From: Macrostomum lignano
Lineage: Eukaryota
NCBI GenBank assembly: GCA_002269645.1
Contig: NIVC01001249.1
Location: forward strand, 124,001-188,000
Length of the DNA: 64,000 nt
Direction of reading: 5' to 3'
The notes beneath the pieces were generated by a model that searched no databases, had not been told where the DNA came from, and worked only from the letters and a program-made list of their open reading frames with translations. This document shows, piece after piece, positions 54,943-64,000 of this stretch. Position numbers and translations under genes: made by a program. The first letter of the stretch is position 1. The number at the start of each line of letters is the position of its first letter.

Positions 54943-55654
54943 GGATTCTCACTGTAGACTGTAAGGTGTAGATTTGCAAAGTCTACAAAGTCTATTTCTT
55001 GCGTCTTTGCAATGATCTTTCTTGGCTGAAATTTCATGAAACTTTGCTGTGGTTTTTTTTGTAAATTCATTAGTTATTTCGAATGCTTCAAATATATATT
55101 GTATTGCTAGATTCTTTTTTTAAATAAAAAACATACAGTTAACACAATTTTTTTCTGATTTTTGTAAAGCAAAAAAAAACAGTTTGCGCATTTATTTGTC
55201 CCAGCTACTAGCAGTAGTATGCTTGGTTAAAGTTTAGTTAAAGCGTAAAAGTTGTTGATGTTTGATGTTAGCTTAAGAGTGCATAAAAGCAATTGAAAAA
55301 ACGCATTGCAGACACTTTTGTTCCAATCGCATTGGAAAAATTATGATGACTTTTGACAAGCGAAGGTGTAAAGCTGATTAAAGATTCAAAATATGTACAC
55401 AACAGTTCTTAAAAAAGTATTAGTAGTGCTAATATATAAGCTGCTATGTCAGTCGCGCTTATCAGAACCCGGAGCAAATTATCACGCTTCTCTCATGGAC
55501 TTTCAATTCAACCTTCACGGTCTCCGGAATCTGTGGGCGGATTTTATAATGGTTGGTGAGCGTTTGAAATATTACTGGCGAATGATGGAGTCTAATGGGA
55601 TGAGCGCGTATGGGGGGATTACAGGATCTGTTGAATTATGAAAACTAGAAAATT

Positions 55655-56100
55655 ATGCAATTCGGGGGATTTAGGAAACCAGGGGAATTATTAAATCTAA
55701 GGAATTATAAAAATCTAGGGGAATTATGAAATCCGGGGGATTTTAGCATCCGGGGATTTAGGAAACCAGGGGAACTATTAAATCTAAAAAATTATAAAAA
55801 TCTAGGGGAATTATGAAATCCGGGGGAATTATAAAAATCTGGGGGAATTATGAAATCCGGGGGAATTATAAAAATCTGGGGGAATTATGAAATCCGGAGG
55901 AAATTATGAAATCCTGAGTATTGTGAAATTATTGCAATTATGAAATCAGAGGGAATTATGAAATCCGGGGGAATTATGAAATCCGGGGGAATTATGAAAT
56001 CCGGGGAATTATGAAATCCGGGGGAATTATGAAATCCAGGGGAACTATGAAATCCAGGGGAATTATGAAATCCAGGGTATTTATAAAATCTAGGGGAATT
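55655..56100. repeat. ~19-bp degenerate repeat downstream of the CELF stop
   Basis: GGGGAATTATGAAATCC(G/A) units. Confidence 0.88.
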
Positions 56101-56174
56101 ATGAACCCCTTAGTAATAAAAGGGAGTAATGCAACCTCACTAATGAATGGTTTGAGAAGCTGCTCACGTCTCAG

Positions 56175-59100
56175 TCAGTATGACCTGGCCTCAGCCTTCG
56201 GCCGCTTCAGCTGCACCTTGAGCCGCTTGCAGCCCACCTGGAAGCCGTTCATGGCCTGGATGGCCAAGGCGGCAGAGGTGGCATTGTCGAAGCTGACAAA
56301 GCCGAAGCACTTGCTCTGGCTGGTGGCCCGGTCAATGTACACCTTGGCGGAGATCACCGTGCCGAATGGGGCGAACATCTGGGCGAGTTCGCAGTCGCCA
56401 AACTCGGCGGGCAGATGATAGATGAACAGGTTGGCAGCGTCTGGCCCGGTGAGAATGAAGTCGCTGGAGCCGTCCTTGTGCTGCACCGGCATTGTGATGG
56501 CGCGCTGGGCGATGGCCGCGGCCGAGATGGCCGGGTAGGCCGATGGGTACGCGGCTGCTGGTGGGTGGCAGGTGCGGGATGGGGTGAGAAAATTTCCTAT
56601 CGTTCGTTTCGAGTGGCAACATCCGGTGGACATTAAAGTACACAGGTGGACATTATGGCACACAGGTGGACATTATGGCACACAGGTGGACATTATGGCA
56701 CACAGGTGGAAATTATGACACACAGGCGGACATTATGACACACAGGTGTACATTCAAGCACACAGGCGGACATTATGGCACACAGGTGGACATTATGGCA
56801 CACAGGTGGACATTATGACACACAGGTGGACATTATGGCACACAGGTGGACATTATGGCACACAGGTGGACATTATGGTACACAGGTGGACATTATGGCA
56901 CACAGGTGGACATTATGGCACACAGGTGGACATTATGGTACACAGATGGACATTCAAGCACACAGGTGGACATTATGGTACACAGATGGACATTCAGGCA
57001 CACAGGTGGACATTATGGCACACAGGTGGACATTCAGGCACACAGGTGGACATTCAAGCACACAGGTGAACATTCAGGCACACAGGTGGATATTCAGGCA
57101 CGCAGGTGGACATTGTGGCACACAGGTGGACATTCAGGCACACAGGTGGACATTATGGCACGTAGGTGGACATTGTGATACACAGGTGGACATTCAAGCA
57201 CACAGGTGAACATTCAGGCACACAGGTGGACATTCAGGCACACAGGTGGATATTCAGGCACACAGGTGGACATTCAGGCACACAGGTGGATATTCAAGCA
57301 CACAAACATGAACATATACTAGTACATATCCTTAAGATAGCAAACGCATTATACAACGCAGGCAATCAAGCATCTCTCACCCATAGATGCAAACGGATGC
57401 ATAGTGGCCGAGTACATGGCGTGCATTGGCTCAGAACCTACAATTGGAAAGTTTAGGAAACGGATCTTATGTACGTGCATTGGTAATTGGGATTATCTAG
57501 AAATGGGAGAATTGGGATTGATTATCTGGGGAATTGGGATTGATTATCGACGGAATCGGGATTGATTATCTGGGAAATTGGCATTGATTATCTGGGGAAT
57601 TGGGATTGATTATCTGGGGAATTGGGATTTATTATCTGGGGAATTGAGATTGATTATCTGGGGAATTGAGATTGATTATCTGGGGAATTGAGATTGATTA
57701 ACTGGGGAATTGAGATTGATTATCTGGGGAATTGGCATTGATTTTTTGGGGAATTGGGATTGATTATCGGCGGAATCGGGATTGATTATCTGGGGAATCG
57801 GGATTGATTATCGGCGGAATCGGGATTGATTATCTGGGGAATCGGATTGATTATCGGCGGAATCGGGATTGATTATCTGGGGAATCGGGATTGATTATCG
57901 GCGGAATCGGGATTGATTATCTGGGGAATCGGGATTGATTATCTGGGGAATCGGGATTGATTATCGGCGGAATCGGGATTGATTATCTGGGGAATCGGGA
58001 TTGATTATCGGCGGAATTGGGATTGATTATCTGGGGAATTGGGATTGATTATCTGGGGAATTGGGATTGATTATCTGGGGAATTGGGATTGATTATCTGG
58101 GGAATTGGGATTGATTATCTGGGGAATTGGGATTGATTATCTGGGGAATTGGGATTGATTATCTGGGGAATTGAGATTGATTATCTGGGGAATTGAGATT
58201 GATTATCTGGGGAATTGGGATTGATTATCTGGGGAATTGGGATTGATTATCTGGGGAATTGGGATTGATTATCTGGGGAATTGGGATTGATTATCTGGGG
58301 AATTGGGAGTTATTAACTTGGTGGCTAGTATTCCCCCGTCAGAGGATTGGGGATTTACAGTGGGCTTCAGTATCAAATATCTCAGCCGATATGTATCGAA
58401 AATGCATTTCACTCACTATTAAAAAATGCATTCGAAGCGCCACCGTTGGAGGTGAAAATCTGCGACTGGTCAGGCGGGCTGCCCGGGTTCCCGGCGGCAA
58501 CAAGAGCGGTCGGCAGCTGCAGATGGTGCGGCGGTGGCGGAGGCGGCGGGACGGACATCGGCGCCTGAAGCTGCGGTGGTGCGCCAAGGCCGGCCAAAGC
58601 TGATTGAGGACTCTGCAGGCCTGGCAGTGCCTGATGGTGTTGCTGCTGCTGCTGCTGCTGCTGAGCAGCCTGAAGCTGCACAGCGAGTGCCGCCATGGGG
58701 TTCACGTAGCCGGAGCTCTGCTGCAGCTGGTTCTGCTGCACCAGTGATGGGATTAATTTGGGATCATGTATGGGATTCCAATCCCATATATTGGGATTCC
58801 TATGTTGATAGGACCAACATGGGATCACAGATAGGGTCACAGATGGATTAATTAGGGCTCGTAGGTTGAATCAATTTAGGATTGTAGATGGGATCAATTT
58901 GGGATCATAGTTGGGATCAATTTTGGATCATAGATGGGATCAATTTGGGATCATAGATAGGATCAATTCGGGATCATAGATGGGATCAATTTGGGATCAT
59001 AGATGGGATCAATTTTGGATCATAGATGGGATCAATTTTGAATCATAGATAGGATCAATTCGGGATCATAGATGGGATCAATTAGGGATCATAAATGGGA

Positions 59101-61274
59101 TCAACTAGATCGTAGATGGGACCAATTTGGAATCCTAGATTTGATCAATTGAGGATCATAGATTAGATGCGTTGAGGATTGTAGACAGGGATTAGTATCA
59201 ATTTTGATGGGGTGGGATCACAAATATTGGATCAATATGGAATTTCAGATGGGATCAATTTGATAACGGCATAAAAACGGCATCAATGTGGGATCAGGGA
59301 AGATGGGATCAAGCTAGGACCCAGCACATCCCGAATCTCATATCCTGTCTCCCTACTCACCTGCAACAGGTGCGACTGTCCTCCAGCGGCCGCCATGTGC
59401 TGCCCGATCCCGAAGCCGGGGCTGTAGGCGCTTAGCGGCCCCACAGTCTGCTGCAGCTTGCGGATCTGCCGCTCCCGCTCGTTGTCGGCGAATTTCACCA
59501 CAATGGAGCTGGTGGCCCCCTGCGGTGCAGTAATGTGAGATAGAAGTTCAATACTTGTCATACGTACTACTGTCACTTGGAATTGTTCAGTAGTATGACG
59601 GGACTGTGGTTGAACGGTTGATTGAATGCTTTAGGGAGGCATCTATAGGGAATGATTCAGGGAAGCAGTGAACAATGATTCAGGGAAGCAGTGAACAATG
59701 ATTCAGGGAAGCAGTGAACAATGATTCAGGGAAGCAGTGAACAATGATTCAGGGAAGCAGTGAAGAATGATTCAGGGAACTAGTGAAGAATGATTCAGGG
59801 AAGCAGTGAAGAATAATTCAGGGAACTAGTGAAGAATGATTCAGGGAAGCAGTGAAGAATAATTCAGGGAACTAGTGAAGAATGATTCAGGGAACTGGTG
59901 AAGAATAATTCAGGGAACTGGTGAAGAATAATTCAGGGAACTGGTGAAGAATAATTCAGGGAACTAGTGAAGAATGATTCAGGGAAGCAGTGAAGAATGA
60001 TTCAGGGAAGCAGTGAAGAATGATTCAGGGAAGCAGTGAACAATGATTCAGGGAAGCAGTGAAGAATGATTCAGGGAAGTAGTGAAGAATGATTCAGGGA
60101 AGCAGTAAAGAATGATTCAGGGAAGCAGTAAATAATGATTCAGGGAAGTAGTGAAGAATGATTCAGGGAAGCAGTGAAGAATAATTCAGGGAACTAGTGA
60201 AGAATGATTCAGGGAACTGGTGAAGAATAATTCAGGGAACTGGTGAAGAATAATTCAGGGAACTGGTGAAGAATAATTCAGGGAACTAGTGAAGAATGAT
60301 TCAGGGAAGCAGTGAAGAATGATTCAGGGAAGCAGTGAAGAATGATTCAGGGAAGCAGTGAAGAATGATTCAGGGAAGTAGTGAAGAATGATTCAGGGAA
60401 GCAGTAAAGAATGATTCAGGGAAGCAGTAAATAATGATTCAGGGAAGTAGTGAAGAATGATTCAGGGAAGCAGTAAAGAATGATTCAGGGAACTAGTGAT
60501 CGTAGCATCTCACCGGCATAGTCTGACTGCCGTGCAGAGTGTTGATAGCATTCTGAGCCTGAATATGGGCGGAGAACTTGATGAAGGCGCAGCCTTTGCT
60601 GTTGCCATGCTGGTCGCGCAGCACGGTGATTTCCTCAATGCAGCCGAACGGTTCGAACAGCTTTCGAACATCGGATTCGGACTGCTGTTTGGACAGCATC
60701 CCGACAAACAGCTTGCAGTCGTCTGCGAGCGGTGAAAATAAACATTTTCATTATTTTATATTGCGTTCTTTCTACTTACAGTAAAGCAACAAGAAAAAGT
60801 ACTACTATTTTTGTTCTGGAAATAAAGAATAATGAATAATGTTAACAATTTCATGGCTGACTATTTAAACTCTGGATACTATTTAAAATCTAGTCTAAAT
60901 CCGGGATATTGGAATGGGATTTGAGAATTTACTTTACTACGAGACTTACCCTCGTGCCCGGGCACTGTGGCGAGCTGGTGCTGAATGAGCCGAATTTTAC
61001 TACTATTATTATTGTTATTATGCATACTACTAATATTATAACTATTCGTAGCGCAGGATTTGTAGTTGTTGCTAAGCGGCTTGGCTCCGAAGCCTGCATC
61101 AGCCAGGCCCAGCTTACTGGCATAATAAGGGAACTCGGGTTCCATGCACCCTGTCGGTTTGCCCGCGGCCTGGCAAGTCAACGACGTCGAAGGCGACGGC
61201 AATGGCATCTGGTGGTTGTGCTGCAGATAATATGGATGCTGATACTGCTGCTGGCTGATGGTCTCCGCTATCAT
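56175..61274 (-). CDS. CELF3-6/bruno-like (UNC-75-type) RNA-binding protein, RRM2+RRM3 form, 455 aa
   Basis: Exons 60950-61274, 60514-60722, 59361-59519, 58444-58735 and 56175-56557 with consistent phases. [17 protein letters not shown]...[18 protein letters not shown]; [13 protein letters not shown]...KCFGFVSFD...[11 protein letters not shown]. Confidence 0.9.
56625..57303. repeat. 20-bp intronic minisatellite
   Basis: About 33 copies of CACAGGTGGACATTATGGCA or CACAGGTGGACATTCAGGCA. Confidence 0.94.
57510..58310. repeat. 22-bp intronic minisatellite
   Basis: About 35 copies of GGGGAATTGGGATTGATTATCT. Confidence 0.94.
58750..59270. repeat. Degenerate 23-bp intronic repeat
   Basis: GGGATCAATTTGGGATCATAGAT-like units. 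Confidence 0.85.
59648..60495. repeat. 23-bp intronic minisatellite
   Basis: About 37 copies of GAATGATTCAGGGAAGCAGTGAA. Confidence 0.95.
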
Positions 61275-62029
61275 GGTGGCTTAAGCTTTCAACTTCGCTT
61301 TCAATCGCTTTCAAAAGAGATTCTGTCTGAAGCTCCTGATCCAGCAGGCCCTCCTCGAGATTTTATAAGGTGGGGGAGAAGGCAGGAGAGAATAGAGAGA
61401 CAAGGGACTCCGGCGGGGAGGGTGGGGTGGGTGAGTGGCGGGATAGGCCGGAAAACGATAAACAACCCCCTCCCCCCCATTCAGCAGCCCCCTCTGCCCC
61501 TATTCCGGGTGGATTGGCGGGAAATGAAAAGCGCCGTCCCGCCACCCCCCACCAGCCAGACCCTCAACCCCCCCCCATGTGCCGACCTCACTCGCGCGGG
61601 CCCTCAGACCCCCTCAGTCAGAAAGGAAGGAAGACGTCAGTGAAGTGCGTGCGTGTCAGCTTATTTTGCCTTTAATTATTTTCTCTTTTACTCATTTAGC
61701 TAGGGGGAGAATGTTAATCTCAACAACGTCTGTCACTCGTTAGTTTTAGTTAGAGTTCGTAAACTACTGCACAACTGTCAACTATATGTATTTTACATCG
61801 AGTTTTCAGACTCGATTTCTCATTAATTTTTAGGACCTGACAGTTTCCCTGACACGTGAACTCCCAAGTCCTCTCTCAAGATGAGAAAAGATTGAACAAA
61901 ATACATATTAGTTAATTAGGAACTAATGTCATGAAAGAGAAAACTCGGATTTCCATTTACTGACTGCATTAAACTAAATGCGGAATCTCCGGTTCAATCA
62001 ACTATTCCAAATTTAACTGCTTTACTAAT

Positions 62030-62700
62030 TAACCGATTCACCGATTCATTCACTCGCCATTCACAGATTCCTTCACTGATCCCGATTGATCTATTCACTC
62101 ACTGAATCACCGATTAACTCACTAAATCACCAATTCACTCACTAAATCACCGATTCACTCACTAAACACCGATTCACTCCAATTAAATCACCGATTCACT
62201 CACTAAATCACCGATTCTCTCACTGAATCACCAATTCACTCCAATTCAATCACCAATTCACCAACAGAATCACCAATTTACTCACTGAAATCACCGATTC
62301 ACTCACAAAATCACCGATTCACTCACTGAATCACCGATTCTCTCACTAAATCACCTTTTTTACTCACTAAATCACCTTTTCACTCACTAAATCACCAACT
62401 GACTCCAATTCAATCACCGATTCACTCACCAATTCAACGATTCACTCACTGAATCAACACTTCACTCACTAAATCACCGATTCACTCACTGAATTAACAC
62501 TTCACTCACTAAATCACCGATTCACTCACTAAATCACTGATTCACTCAATAAATCGCCGATTGACTCACCAAATTACCGATTCACTCACCAATTCACCGA
62601 TTCACACACTGAATCACCGATTTGCTCAATAAATCACCGGTTCTCTTATCTATTCACCGATTTATCAATTCACATATTCATTCACTTACTTAAAAATCGA
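62030..62700. repeat. 20-bp degenerate minisatellite
   Basis: TCACCGATTCACTCACTAAA-like units. Confidence 0.88.
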
Positions 62701-63589
62701 CTGACTCTTTGATTCACAAATCTCTTGAAACGTCAATTCACGGATTCACTAATTAGACTATCCCCCTGATTCACCAATGCCAGGTTCACCAGTTCACCAA
62801 TATGACGGCCGGTTTCATTGCGCTACAGGCTACCGGGACCCACAGGAACAGCTCAGGTCAGAACACACAGGAAAGTGAGATGTGGTACATAATTCGATCG
62901 CAGATCTGGCTGTGAACAATACCCCAGCTAATGCCTCCGACTCCCAAGTGAATATTTCCTGACCTGACAAATTTCGCTAATACGATCGCTATATGAAAGC
63001 CACCTGGGCTCCGGTACCCCCGGGACCCGACTCGCCGAGCTCGTAGTGTGGCGACAATTCGCACATTTCAATATTGCGTCATCTGCACTCTCGCCTAATC
63101 TCTAGTCTAGAGCCTAAAATTGGAATCCCATACACCAATTTCGCACGTTTTGGCGCAAAGTCTGCGTGCAGATTACGCAATCAATCCAAAGGGGTGGTTG
63201 GTGTTTTGTTTTGTTCGATAAATGAATTCGCAATGGCTATTATGCGGCATACTATGCAAATATGGGTCTAATTCGGTCACAATGAATTTTTTAGTCAGCT
63301 GATGACTCATCAGGTCAGCTGATGACCTTACTTGTCCTCCGACCAGCGCTATTTTGTACACTCATTTTTCAATTCTCAATCTATGGCTGAGACGGTTGCA
63401 CCCAGTGAGACGATCTCTTCCTTGATCTGCTGCTCCGCCTTCTTCAGGCCCTTTCTGCTTTTACCCTTGTCTTCCCTGGTCTTCCACTCTCCTCCATTTT
63501 GTTGTTTCGCTCTTTAACCATCACCCTATCCTTTCCTCTTTTGCCTGCCTCACAATCTGCCTCACCCTCTGCCCCACCCTCTGCATCAC

Positions 63590-64000
63590 CCCCTGCATCA
63601 CTCTCTGCATCACTCTCTGCATCACTCTCTGCATCACCCTCTGCATCACTCTCTGCATCACTCTCTGCATCACTCTCTGCATCACTCTCTGCATCACTCT
63701 CTGCATCACCCTCTGCATCACTCTCTGCATCACCCTCTGCATCACCCTCTGCATCACTCTCTGCATCACTCTCTGCATCACCCTCTGCATCACTCTCTGC
63801 ATCACTCTCTGCATCACTCTCTGCATCACTCTCTGCATCACCCTCTGCATCACTCTCTGCATCACTCTCTGCATCACTCTCTGCATCACTCTCTGCATCA
63901 CTCTCTGCATCACCTCTGCATCACTCTCTGCATCACTCTCTGCATCACTCTCTGCATCACTCTCTGCATCACTCTCTGCATCACCCTCTGCATCACCCTC
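63590..64000. repeat. 12-bp minisatellite running off the right edge
   Basis: (GCATCACTCTCT)n with CACCCTCT variants. Confidence 0.96.

Noticed and set aside
63384-63500. Possible minus-strand terminal exon (...[25 protein letters not shown])
   Set aside because: Codons look coding, but there is an upstream in-frame TAA, no good acceptor and no recognisable family.
63521-63913. (MQRV)n ORF
   Set aside because: Translation of a 12-bp satellite.

Overview
Eukaryotic (metazoan) genomic DNA with GC-rich exons and canonical GT-AG introns. The style resembles a free-living flatworm such as Macrostomum, but that assignment is inference only. Splice-phase-consistent gene models were assembled by hand. 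Minus strand: a KIND-domain protein (runs off the left edge, with an intronic tRNA-Gln), a canopy/CNPY-like saposin protein carrying an in-frame TAG, SMIM15, a beta-PIX/ARHGEF7-like RhoGEF and a CELF3-6/UNC-75-like RNA-binding protein. Plus strand: a MARVEL protein and four tandem SLC25A19-like mitochondrial carrier genes. Mobile elements: a TSD-flanked full-length LOA/Lian-type non-LTR retrotransposon whose five frameshifts are each one missing C in a C-run, a 5'-truncated LOA-type copy, a non-autonomous hAT element with an internal long hairpin, and a tRNA-derived CORE-type SINE (three copies). Main patterns: (i) 16 of 17 introns longer than about 250 bp hold their own private minisatellite, often starting at the 5' splice site; (ii) several arrays beside gene 5' ends are built from E-box/CLEAR, ETS or CCAAT motifs; (iii) the carrier array contains chimeras of two paralogues, with the crossover mapped to about 200 bp. 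No CRISPR arrays or prokaryotic systems are supported. Most ORF-track entries are repeat artefacts.
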